Counted from the first letter of the stretch, positions 51,001-62,700 are shown. The stretch: 64,000 nucleotides of DNA from Pecten maximus (GCF_902652985.1 NC_047019.1:12276001-12340000); one strand, 5' to 3'. The notes: generated by a model from the letters alone, not told the origin. Translations and numbers: made by a program.

Positions 51001-52989
51001 AGGACATCAAAAGATTGTCATAGTGATACTGAAAGGACATCAAAAGATCGTCATAGTGATACGGAACGGACATCAAAAGATTGTCATAGTGATAAGGAAA
51101 GGGTATCCAAGGATTGTCTTAGTGATATAGAAAGAATATCAAAGGATCGTCATAGTGATACGGAAAGGACATCAAAGGATCACCATAGTGATACGGAAAG
51201 GGTATCCAAGAATTGTCTTAGTGATACAAAAGGAACATACAGGGATCTTCATAGTGATAAATATAATGAAAGATTATCAATGAATCACTCGTGTGATAAA
51301 GAAGGAATGATCAAAGGTAGGGAAAAGAAACTGAAGGGAAGGGAACTGCTGAGTGTTAAAGAAAGAACATTCACGAATGACAAATGTGATACTGATTTGA
51401 CGTCCAAGGGTAATCAGAACAAGGACGACATGTTGGAGATTCACCTAAAACATCAAAAGAGTTCAGGAAAAGAAAGGAGCAGTTCTTCAAAGCACAGAAA
51501 GACAGCTGAAAAGAAGGCTGTGCAAAAAGCAGACAGAAATTTAGAACAGAAGTACGAGTGTCCGAAAGTTTTGCGTACTGTGACTTCAGAAACTATATTT
51601 TCTACAGAACGTTCACATACCGTGACGGATACAACAGAATTATATGAAGATGAACCAGTAGATACACACAAACCATTGTTACAAGGTGAAAATAGGGCAC
51701 CAACCGGCCATACTGAGATTCTGGGATGTGGTAATATAACGATTTGTCATACTGACATACAGGGAAAGGGTAATACAACCATATGTCATATAGATCCTAA
51801 TAGTCACGGGTGTCTGATTGATGAGAGTAAGAATAGGAATGGACCACATACAGTAGTTGCCAATAAATGGCCTTCTTTAATGGGTGAATCTTCTCAAAAT
51901 ACCATTGTAAATATCACTCGTACTGATTCTGATGATGAGGACATCGAAATCCGGGTCACAGACAGTTCCAACAATAGTTCTGATGATTTTCTTTCGGATG
52001 TATCGGAACCGGAGAAATGTGCTCGTGTTAGGACCTGGCAAGAAGTTGCAAAAATATTCCGAGAAAATGTTGACATTGTTGATGTAGAGGAAGTCGGTAA
52101 AGAACCAGAAGTTGAGGAGAGATCTGACAACGAGGATTTTATCTCAGATTCTGAATCCAGCAGCCAGGAGGATGACGAGGAAAGTGATGATAGTTGTTAT
52201 GCTATGGACTCAAATTACACCTTTGAGCTTTGCAAAAATTATGATACTTTATCGGACGGGGAAGATGGACAATGTACAAGTTTTGATCCAATTAGGGAAA
52301 CTATGCATGAAAATACAATTAATAATAGGGATACATGCCTTCCCAGTCCACCAGAAATGTGCAATGATAACGCCAATGACAATTTTACAGACAATCTGGA
52401 TGACAGGTTTCATAATTGCCCCGTAAGCATTCCTAAAGCCTGTGTTTTAAATGAGGAGTCATTGGAGGAGGGTGAAATTCTCACCGATTCCGAAGAAAAA
52501 CTGGATTCTGTTCTTAATGACACAAAGTCCAGGAAGCAATCATCTTCTGAAAAAATGTCATCGCATAGCAAAACAGTGAAGAAAACGGACAAACATGGAA
52601 ATCATCGGAGCATTCCTCAATCAAATCAACATCGTAATAGTACTGGTAAACGTTCTTCTGAAAGGCCACTGATTTCACCAAAACCTTCGCCAAGAAAGGG
52701 AAAATCACCTCGAGACGAAATGTATCGTAGAAAACACTTACAAACAGCAGTGAAAGTTCTCCGAAATAGATCGCGAGAAAGAAAATCTAATGCTGGTACA
52801 AGTCCGGTGAAGGTTTCAAGACATGGTGGTAGTCGGAACAAAGACGGAACTGATTTAAGGAACAGGATAAGAGATCAAACATGTGGTAGTCAGGAAGTCA
52901 GACTTCCACTGAGGAAAAGGAAAAGGTCAAGGTCAAGGTCATATGAACGAGGGTCAAAGATTAAACCTGTGTCACCAAGACGATCTTAA
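39057..52989 (+). CDS. CASP8AP2: CASP8-associated protein 2 / FLASH-like histone pre-mRNA processing factor (~2597 aa after correcting four +1 frameshifts in the last exon)
   Basis: Exons 39057-39068 (MDDK; start less certain), 41802-41894, 44218-44408, 45488-52989. The N-terminus DDDHDGTFASLDLYDDLITDEG...YDELSRKY...LEKNISTLFLTARLELQRKD matches the FLASH LDLY motif and coiled coil (human LDLYEEILTEEG...[20 protein letters not shown]). SLEEGEI lies at 52459-52479. The last exon is split into ORFs 45453-46499, 46546-47640, ~47633-47746, 47748-50261 and 50290-52989. Confidence 0.85.
39374..39810 (-). mobile_element. TRIM (miniature non-autonomous LTR retrotransposon) with tRNA-like sequence in both LTRs (Helenus-like)
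   Basis: Direct repeats 39692-39810 and 39374-39494 with TG...CA ends. PBS TGGCGTGGTCAACA 1 nt after the 5' LTR; poly-G+AA PPT immediately before the 3' LTR; flanks TGAT/TGAG; cloverleaf with A/B boxes inside the LTR. Confidence 0.85.
40580..41538 (+). mobile_element. Internally deleted hAT transposon in CASP8AP2 intron 1
   Basis: Perfect 8-bp TSD CTAAATAT (40572-40579 and 41539-41546). Imperfect termini TAGAGGT.../...CACCCCTA; ATCGA/ATCGC subterminal repeats; internal BED-finger ORF. Confidence 0.9.
40881..41123 (+). CDS. BED zinc-finger-only ORF (80 aa), N-terminal remnant of a hAT transposase
   Basis: MADFTFVLVDNKKAKAFIWKYFG...VGCRLCKCSLKYSGNTTNLSDHIRRKH has the WxYF...CxxC...HxxxxH BED signature. 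Strong start context AACATGG. Expression unknown. Confidence 0.6.
   Translation: MADFTFVLVDNKKAKAFIWKYFGVLKDGDRVDRTRVGCRLCKCSLKYSGNTTNLSDHIRRKHATVPMKAHMSGANVSNDF
42257..42571. mobile_element. MITE (315 bp)
   Basis: Perfect 13-bp TIR CAGGGCTCAAAGT / ACTTTGAGCCCTG; no clear TSD. Confidence 0.7.
43916..44105. repeat. Imperfect inverted repeat (~55-bp arms, ~80-bp spacer)
   Basis: gaatattccacaattttttgagagcacagct ... agctgtgctctcgaaacattgtgggatattt. Confidence 0.8.
45145..45395 (+). mobile_element. Short HINE/Helentron-like element
   Basis: Head 'ttattagtcccctacc...gggagactat' hairpin plus tctgtcc motif; homologous to 36380-36632. Confidence 0.55.
46900..47439 (+). repeat. Coding 36-bp tandem repeat (SDKSQELAAVLG) x15
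   Basis: Visible in DNA and translation; units 2-5 are duplicated as units 6-9 (144-bp higher-order repeat). Confidence 0.95.
48560..49555 (+). repeat. Coding 30-bp degenerate tandem repeat (EKLEPESQEM)
   Basis: GAGAAACTCGAACCTGAGTCACAGGAAATG-type units within ORF 47748-50261. Confidence 0.9.
50780..51260 (+). repeat. Coding 33-bp tandem repeat (ERTSKDRHSDT)
   Basis: GAAAGGACATCAAAAGATCGTCATAGTGATACG-type units within ORF 50290-52989. Confidence 0.9.
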
Positions 52990-55721
52990 GTAACAATTAC
53001 ATATGTATTTGGGATACTTTTTCATTGTGAAAAGTTGTGATGAAAAATTTACAGATTTTAAAAAAGTGAAATAATGAGAATGCTTATGGACAAAGTTAAC
53101 TGAAAGAGTTTCAAAATTTTGTAATATTCATGATGTTTATCCAGTATTGGAAGCAGTAATTATAATTTCTGATGTTTCAGTAATAACACTCAGTTGAAAA
53201 CTTACCTTAATTAATATAAGAGCTTGGGAAATTCTGTTTTTGTAAACATGCTTATTTTAGTACATTTGGTATACTCAAATTTAAGCACATTCCAAATTCT
53301 AACAAATTATCAGAATGATATATTGCAATTTTGGTGCACTCAAATTATTTTCCATAAGAATAATATATAGAAAGTGCTGAAGAGTCTTAAGTAAGTTTAA
53401 TGCTTCCAATGTAAAAATTGTAAGAATAAGGTAACCGCTGAAATAAGGTAACCATTAAAATAATGAAACCACTAAAATAATGAGACCACTTATACAAGGT
53501 AACTGCTACAATAAGGTAACCACTTAAGTAATGAAACCACTAAGATATATGTATGTTTACAGTATTAAAATTCATTTGCTGAGGTCAATAGGTTGAATTT
53601 CTAATTTGTGAAATGGTAAAAAAGACGAGAGAAAAAAGGTTAAATTAGGACCATATCTTTGTGGATTACTGCAAACATATTTTGTTTAAAATTAGTTCCC
53701 ACCAATTATGATCTGGAGATACATTAAATCAATATTATATTTTAATGAGGGTAAGGGGTAACGTGCAGGCAATTCATGACAATGATGAATTTAAAAAAAA
53801 AAACTATAAGGAGCAATATGCAATAAGGGGAGACATGTGAATTTTCGGTGAAGTCCTTGAACAGATATCTGTCCCATCAGTCAAAGGTGAAAGGTCAAAA
53901 CTAAAGTCTTAACTAAATACGTATACATTGTACATGTATGTACATCACTCTGAAGTCCTTGTCATCTCTGGTATTTACATTCTATATTATCAGATATTAT
54001 CTACATAATGTGATGGAGCTTCACTCGTATGTTTCCTGTATTGGTATGATGATTGAAGGTCAAGGTAATATTACAATGTTTAATTCTATAAATACTTTCA
54101 ATTTCCAAAGCAAAGAGGGGGGGGGGGGGGGGGGGGGGGATCAATGTCATTTGGAGAGGAATGGGACCAAGTATTATCGTAATCTTCACATTTATCATCT
54201 AGCTTTTTGCAGTAAACTTGTTTTGATGTTTTTGTCATATTTGCAGTCTTCATGCTTTATTTCTCCATTAGTAAAGATGCATAATATGTTCATGTATATG
54301 TATATCAAATATTCATAAGGTAAAAATCTCAAAGGAATGGATTTTTTTTTGCTTGATTCTTGAAGAAGTGGTCAGAGCTTTGTAGTTACCTGGCCCCCAT
54401 GCATGATCTCAAAACTTCTTAAACCCTTTCCTTAAGTTTGTACTTAACTTTTAATTGAAGTATTCTCAAAAATATGTATCTTCAAAATTCTTAAATCATT
54501 GATTTCAAAAGCATATACATTGTATATATGTACTTCCAAGTATTACTATATAGTCTCAAGAATGGTGTTCTTCAAAGATACATACATGATCTCAAATTGT
54601 AAGTTGAGAATGGTCTATTGTGAACGGTTTTGGTAAGATATAGTAGAAAGTAAAGTAGGTCACTGACCTACATTTTGACATTTGACCTACATAAAATAAT
54701 TACTTGTCACTTGAACTTTATACTTGCGATATGAGGTCACCTTATTTATTACGGATTTATCATCAGTGCATTCTTGGCATAAAATTTCACATGTACATAT
54801 GTTGAGGACTGATTAAACAAATTGTTTTATTTTAAGATATTCTTAGAGGGAACTTATGAATATGAGCTTGTATTAGCAATCATCTATGTTTGCAAACAGC
54901 AGATAGAAAACAAAGGACGGGATGTTCCTACACCAAATGGTGCCATATAGTATTCTTACATCAGAATTAAGAATTTAGTACTAGGAATTAAGAAGTTTTG
55001 AGATCCTAAAGCCAGGAAAAAACAGTCAGCTTTATGTTAACACATACAGATTTATTATGCAGCTTCTTTAGTTAGCCTGATCATGAGTCATTTTTGTGTA
55101 AATTTTTATCTGGTTATGTTTACCATCTTCGAAATATTGGATTGATGTGGTTTTGTATCATAGTTTGATAAGAAAAAAAGCTATCAAACTCTAATTCCAT
55201 TGCCCTGGCATATACCATGCTTATAATGAGTACAGTTTTATCTGTTTTTGGTATTTTTTTGTAAGAATTTTCAAGCAAGCCCAGAACAATAATTTTCAAA
55301 ATGTTAATGAGCTCCAATATTACATGATACAGCAGGTGTTTGACTTTGAAAATCCCCATCCACATCACAAAAAGAACTTTTCACTCATAACTACTATTGT
55401 ATATTGTGTGGGACAATTGTGCATGTATATCCTTAATATATTGAGAAACATATGATATTATTATACAGAATACCATCAAATGTGATCAAAGCATGCTGAA
55501 CTCATCATGGTTAATTACTTACTCGTATATTGTTATACCTTTCACGTTAACAGGAAGTTAGCATGGCCATCAAATTAGAAATTCACTTTCCTCTGATTTG
55601 AAGAATTTTCTCTTGTCTGTCGAATAAATTCATTAATTCACAATATTCAGACTGAATCATATCAAGGAGATTTATTTTGTGTTAGTGTTGATAAATGTTT
55701 TTGTGATACACTATTTTATAC

Positions 55722-55902
55722 ATGTATAGTTCTAGTCACAGGGGTTTGACACATTCCTGTGACTCCGAATGAAAAATTAATCATGGGGTCTGACCCCATA
55801 ATCACTTACGTCAAGATTAAGTGATCTAGGGGTCGAACTGGTTAATGTTTCATCTTGGGTCATAGGAGTGTGTTGAAACCCTGTTGTTCTAGAGCTATCC
55901 AT
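55722..55902. repeat. Long imperfect palindrome / fold-back element (~180 bp)
   Basis: atgtatagttctag..caggggtttgacacattcctgtgac...gacccc..aatcactta | taagtgat..ggggtc...gtcataggagtgtgttgaaaccctg..ctagagctatccat. Confidence 0.85.
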
Positions 55903-56100
55903 GTTGACATGTTCATGTAGACAGAATCTTCTGTGAGCCGATATGTATAAATATGTAAAAAAAGTTGTATGTATTTATTTTATTTGTCTGAATGTATTGT
56001 CCATATCATTTGTGATATATTTCTTTCATGGTTTTGAGATAAACTGTGGTTTAAAAACAAGTGAAACACATTATCTTGTTCTTTCATTTTAGTTGAAGGG

Positions 56101-56507
56101 TACTGTATATCACTTATATTTCGCGTGGGATTTATTTTCGCATTAATTCCAGAGGAGAGTCAAACGCAAATTAAAATCCCTCGGGAATATTTATATAAGA
56201 ATGACAAGAATAAGTGTAATACTAGTAGTTGGTGAACAGACATCACCTTTAAAGTAATAATAGAATGATAAATTAAATACTTTTATATCAGATTTTAATT
56301 TCATATCACAAAACACTACATATGAACGGATGTGAAAGCTTTTATTTACATTGCTCTCCACATGGAAATATCGCCGACCTGTTAACGTCATTAGCGAATT
56401 TAAAGTCATTTTGAGATCAGAATTCACGAAATTATGTATTCGCGAATAAGTCTAATGAGGTGAGTTTGCAAAATTAAGTACTCACAAAATATAAGTGATT
56501 TACAGTA
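56101..56507. mobile_element. TA-flanked MITE (Tc1/mariner-like)
   Basis: TA|CTGTATATCACTTATATTT ... AAATATAAGTGATTTACAG|TA, with TTTCGC subterminal repeats. Confidence 0.85.
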
Positions 56508-56529
56508 TGTGATCATAAGCTTAATCTGT

Positions 56530-58080
56530 CTAGCATCAACTTTATTTTTCAAACATCACTGTCCAAGAAGCTAGAGACTTTACATTTGGCCTGTAGCATT
56601 CTGGGTAGAAGATCAATACGTTTCTTGACATGAGTGACATGACCTATCAGGGGTCAAATGTGTTAGAACCAGGAGACCTGATATTGGGCCTTTTTCATGC
56701 TGGGGTGAAGGGCTACTAGATTTGTATAAATGAATTACTTTGACCTAATTCTAAGGTCAAACAGGTCAAATGTGTTAATATCATATAAAAGAACTTCTCA
56801 ATACCCGCAATGGGAACTGATATTATAATATACAGTATGCTAGGGTGAAGAGCTACCAAGTTTGTTCAATTGAATGATATTACTCATTTAAAGGTCAAAC
56901 GGTTCAAGTTTAATGTTTAAAAAATGTTAAGTTCTTCTAATTACCCATGAGGCATAGAGACCTGGTTTTGGCATGTTATATAACACGATGAAGGGTTACC
57001 AAATTTGTTTAAATGAACTATCTCAACCTTCTTTCAAGGTCGCATGGGGTTTAATTTGTTACCTCACTTGCTGACCAACAGTTCGGGGTCAACGTTTTAG
57101 GTTACCTGACACCAAGTCTCGGTTGACCTATTCTGATGGCTTTTTGTCTGGTGTCGTCTGTCATAAACAATTTACATTTACATTTCAACTAGTACTGTTT
57201 CTCATCAACAAATTGGCCCAGGGACCTGATATTTGGTCTGTAGCATGCTGGGGTGAAGGGCTAATAAGTTTGTTCAAAGGATGACCTTAACCTTCATTCA
57301 AGTGCGAGTCAAATATGCTAAAATCTTTAAACATTCCTCTTGATAACCCAAGTGGCCAAAAGACCAGATATAAGGTCTATAAGATACTGGGATGAAGGGC
57401 TCCCAAGTTTGTTCAAATGGATGACCTTGACTTTCATTCAAGGTCACAGGGGTTTAATATGCTAAAATCTCAAAAAGACTTCAAGAAACAAGAGGTCCAG
57501 AGACCTGATATTGACCCTGTTGCATACTGGGATGAAGAGGTACAAAGTTTTTATAGATGGATGACTTTGGCCTTCATTCAAGGTAACGGTGGTTTAATAT
57601 GCTAAAATCAGGGACCTCAGGTGAACGTTAAGGCTCATGGGCCTTTGTTCCTTTCAACAACTTCTTCTCAATAACCATGATGCACAGAGACCTGATATAG
57701 GTCTTGCGACATACTGGTGTAAACGGCTGGCAATTTCGCTCAAATGAATGACCTTGACCTACATTCTAGCTGAAATCTTCGCAATAAACAAGAGCAAAGG
57801 TTAAGGGAGTTGATATTAGGTCTTTGGCATGCTGGGGTATAGAGCTACCAAGTTTGTTCAAACTTACATTCAAGCTCATATGGGTCAAATAGGCTAAACT
57901 TCTCAATTACCAAGAGGCACAGGGCCTTGATATTGGGCTGTAGCTTGCTGGGATGAATGACCTTGGCAAACATTACAGGTCGCATAGGTAAAAAAGACTT
58001 AAACCTTTAAACATCTTTTTCAATAATCAGGGTCCAGGGAGTTGAAATTTGGTCTTTAGCACGTGTGGGTGAAGGGCACC
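56530..58080 (+). mobile_element. Helentron/HINE-associated array of ~140-bp degenerate tandem repeats with a nested element (~57095-57650)
   Basis: Repeated 'gacctgatatttgg..tgtagcatgctggggtgaagggctaccaagtttgttcaaatg.atgaccttgac..tcattcaaggtca'. Head 'ttttaggttacctg...ggttgacctatt...gtcgtctgtc'; tail 'caggtgaacgttaaggctcatgggcctttgtt'. Confidence 0.7.
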
Positions 58081-58129
58081 GAACTGCATCCGATCTAGTA
58101 TGAAGATGTTTTCGCTTAAAACTAAAAGT

Positions 58130-59060
58130 TGATTTCGGCATTTGGTGTTCGAATTGCTGAACTCCTGAGCAATCTAAACATCAGCTTTCCTAACTTCCCA
58201 CCAAGCGAAATATCTGCCATACGATGTAATCCGATGGAAAATCATAACTCCAAACATTATTTTCACTCTGCATAATCAGGAAGAGACCTCTACTCTTCCT
58301 GAAGAATACAAAATATTTACTTTCGGAACTCCTAATGCACTTCGCCACACACTCCATTCTGTTCACTGACGGATTGAAGGATGGTAAACGAGTCGGACCA
58401 GCCTGATTATCTCCCACCTCAACCACCTCCATTCGACTCCAGGACGGTGCTTCAATTTTCTCTAAGAGGCGTCTATAGTTCATTTAGCTCTTAACCAACT
58501 TGACAAGAAGAACAGCTCTATGCTTAGCCCGAGTTTCCTCTGGCCCCGACACCATGTCTGGTGAAGGCTAGAGGAAACTCGGGCTACCATATACCCTGAT
58601 TGAATGTCTCTTCTTCAAAGTCTGAAATCCCTTGATGTCAAAAATGTATTTATCCTAAACCTTATCCTCTTGATCTACAAAATGTCAAACAAATGTCAAT
58701 TACTTGCTCTCCTCTTGATTCCAGGGACATGACGATATACGAAAATGAGAGCTGACACTGCAGCCAAGAATGGTTTAACCAAGCATCTCACAACAATGCC
58801 ATTGTCACATACAGACATCAATTCAATCTGCCATATATATTCAAACAGGACCATCGACAGCAGAGATGACCTCTTGAAACAAACAATAAACTATTCGAAA
58901 TCAAATCAAATAATGGTGCACGCCCTCTAAAGCGAAAATATCGCAAGGAAGAAGTGGTCATCACTCGACTTCCCACTGGACACCCTTATCGTTCTCATTC
59001 ATACATTTTAAAACGAGAAGACCCACTGTTATGCTATAAATGTTATGATAAACTTTATTA
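58130..59060 (+). mobile_element. Decayed non-LTR retrotransposon 3' fragment (I-group LINE, RNase H plus Cys-rich C-terminus)
   Basis: Broken translation includes LFTDGLKDGKRVG (RNase H 'FTDGSK'), NE/RADTAAK, and RKEEVVITRLPTGHPYRSHSYILKREDPLLCYKC. Confidence 0.8.
58525..58586. mobile_element. 62-bp hairpin mini-element inserted in the LINE
   Basis: Perfect 17-bp inverted repeat TAGCCCGAGTTTCCTCT / AGAGGAAACTCGGGCTA. Confidence 0.7.
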
Positions 59061-59511
59061 TGTTTTAAGTATATGATAAATCTTTGACTATGATAAACTA
59101 TATATGGCAAGTACGTGATGAATATTTGATTATGATAAACTTCATATCATCGATCAGTATATAAGGAGATGATATAATAGATAAAACAATACAGAGTTAT
59201 GAATGTAGTATAGTTGTTTCGTCCTTCTAATCTCGCCAGTGATATCAAGGATATGGAAATCCTCGAGGAAACGAAAAATGATTATCCGACCCAAAATTTA
59301 TTCAATATAAGTAATCTTATTAATTCTAACGAAAAGGAAGCCGAAAACGAAGTACATAAACCTAATCTAATTTATTGAATTTAATGATACCCAAGTCCAA
59401 GTTGACAAAATAAAAAGTAATGCATTTTTTTTTTTAATTTAGTTTTAAAACTAAAATGTATGATACGCCTGATTGTTTCAATCATTCACTTGTTTATTTT
59501 CCCTTTCTAGA

Positions 59512-59731
59512 TACTGTAAACGTGGAAATTTACGCGAGGGAGGAATTTTATGCTATTTACGCGGAGTCCTTTTGATCGCGAAAATTTACCCACGCGTATT
59601 ATTTCGATATCAATTTACCTAATCTCGAAATACAAATGGGTGGATCGATCGCGAAAATTACCCTCACGACTACAGTTTACATATCGAAATCGGGAACTTA
59701 ACCCCCGGGTAATTTAACCAAGTTTACAGTA
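59512..59731. mobile_element. TA-flanked MITE (220 bp)
   Basis: TA|CTGTAAACGTGG..ATTTACGCG ... GGTAATTTAACCAAGTTTACAG|TA. Confidence 0.8.
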
Positions 59732-62700
59732 GCCAACATTCCTGCTTGTATGTCACAGTTGATCCAGTATGTAAGAACTTGTTCACATTATAACGGGTTT
59801 CTTGACAGATTTGACTAACTACGAAAGATGCAGGTTGAAGAAGACAATTGAATAACATTTTGGTCGACATTGTGATCTCATTCAGACTTATTTCTAATTC
59901 CTTGTACGATATTACGTACGACGTGTTATATACTTGTTGATACACCAAATTATGCCATTGTCACCACACTAGCCCGGATTTGGCCTCGATTCGCAAGGTT
60001 GGTGTCGTCAAAGAAGCAGAAGACGGTGTTTTTTTTCTTCTTTCCAGAGCACCTACTGTTATTCGACCTCCTTATGTTCTAATTCACCAGTTCAAACGAA
60101 CATAACTTATTTATCAAATAAAACTCAACACTCTGTGTTCAGAATACCGCTTACTGCAGCTGACGCTATTTACTGGGCACTCATTTTCACAACAAAAACC
60201 AGAACAATGTCCGGAAAGCACACACGATACCTTCATAATAGTCCTTGATAATCCCGACCTCATTACCGCATCCTTGTCCGGCTTACAGACCTGTAACACA
60301 GAAAACAAAACAAGAACAACTTCTCTTTTCAACATAAATTTAGTGGGTGGGGAGGGGGTATCACTATAGCGTCTGTCGAGGTGCGCTGCAAAAGCTCCAA
60401 TGACCCACGTAACTAGTACACCTGTAGAACTCACCTGGATCACAGGTAAAGCACGTGCACCTCGCGCCACGTTACCCGATACACTTGATGCCCTAGAGTC
60501 ATCCCAAGGGTGCCCCTCACTGTAAACATAGAGTAGAACGTAACATTGATAAAATCAATTATAATCTTTTAAAGGTCTCCGTACAAATCTATATGATTTA
60601 GAGTTACCACCTGTTACTATGTCGGTATTCTCCGATTTGTTTCTCACCAGTTTACATTCAATCATCTATCTAGTATAACAGGAATTTGATATTTGATTTC
60701 AAAACACATGCACAAAGCCATATCAGTCTTCTTAGCTAAAGATGTTTTTAAAAGCATGAATCCGGAAAATGAACTACTTTATATAATCTAGATTTATGTA
60801 TTGGAAATGAAAATACATAGTTCTTTTTTCATAATAATATAATTTATTAGTTGTTAAAAGCAATGTGACCAATGGAATAGAATAACTTATTTTAAACTTA
60901 CGACATTTCCTCACACAACTATATAACGTGATATGAAAAAAAGGCGTACGAGACTTTCTTTTACCAGGAACATTGAGAGGAATGCTAGTTGTGTATGTTG
61001 ATAATCGATAGGTAAATACTATCTGAACGATAATAATGAGTTGGTGGAAATAAATCCCTAATATCTCCTAAATTACGATTATAAGAGTGAAAATAAAACA
61101 ATGCATAATATCCTAATTTACTCAATATAAGAATTGTTTCTCTAAAAATTGGCATGTATTTTTTCACGAGATTGTCGTAGATCTATATTATGACTTTAAA
61201 GTATTTATATTTACGAGTATCATGCTGGATATGGCACCGTTGGAATAACAAAATGCTGGAAGCCGGGATCCATCCATTAGTGGCTTGGGTATCCCTACTG
61301 AAACACACAGTGGAGGATGTTGTGATTCGGAGTTGTCACCTGATGGCGAAGGAACCGGCAATCGAACACCGAGGGCAGAAGCAACCAGGCATACATAGAG
61401 GATACCGGGAGAATAGGTAGGATTAGATCGGCTGTAAGTTAACATTGGACGTTTCATCTGAAAGTGTGATTAGCATCCTCTCAAAAACATTAATATAATT
61501 TGTAAATTGAATTTCTAATTGATTTACAAACAGCAGGGAAAACTGGCCAAGCTAAATAAATGACCCTTAGTTGCAATAATATTTCACGCGTCTAACGCAG
61601 ATATAACTGATCACAAAGGCTATATAGCGCCCAATCATATCCTCCTAAATTATAGTAAAATATTAGAAACAGCATATCAAAATTGTTGGTGAAATTGAAA
61701 TACGGAGTTTTTGGTTTTTGGTCACTGGTTTGGGATGGGGCCTTTTTGGGAAGAAATATGGTGAATTGGGAAATATTATTTCATGTGTAAGCTTGTAATT
61801 TGGCTTAGTTATGATTAATGAGCAAATACACTAATACACAGAAAACATTAGATACAAATTTCTTTATTTCAATTATATGGGCTGAGGGATTATAAACAAC
61901 TGTGGCACTTGACTAGACTTCAGTTAGACCAGGTTAAATTGGTATTTACATAAATAAATAAGCTTGGCAGTTGAAGATGTTGGCCAAGTCCATGAGACTG
62001 AAGGGAACGCTTGATAACATAAATCTTATGAGACTTACAAATTATGTAAAGCAGTAAGATGTTCAAATTGAAACCGAACTACAGCTGAAATACCCCAAGA
62101 ATGTATAGTACTAATTCAGTAGAAGTTCACGTGTCTCAGCAGTAACCTGTGAATGATCATTAAGATTGGTAACTGTAAACCTAGCCATATCAGTTTTGAT
62201 GGCAATAGCAATGACTCAATCTGTTAAAATGTGCTGAATGGTAACAACGGTTATATATCTGTGTTTGATTAGTGATGTACTGGTAACAGCGAGTAATCTG
62301 TGCTTGTTGAGTGATGTAACGGATAATTATCTACCAGTCTGTCTCCCATATCTCGACTGTATATGACATTTTGTCATACAAGCGTAAGGACAAAGAAATT
62401 TCGTTTTTCTGAATACTTAAAAAAAACAGTGCACGTAGTCTCTAACATAAGGTCTAGGAATTCTTCGAAGAAACATTTTCTCCAGAAGGCTACCAAGAAT
62501 TTCAACTGTGAATGGAAGTCCAGTTTCGTCGTACTGTCTTGTAGTCTTTTAACACCATTTAATACAGATTTTAACCAGGAAAAACAACACTTGAATTACA
62601 CACCGGTCGCTCACTGTACAGTAAACACATATCTTTGATTCCATAGATATATAACTTGATTGTAGACAGGCTATGTTTTAAGTTCTGAAAACAATTGGTT

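Noticed and set aside
54116-54139. Poly-G run as a functional G-quadruplex
   Set aside because: Isolated homopolymer whose length is unreliable in assemblies; no supporting context, unlike the run at 39497-39518 that sits in PPT position.
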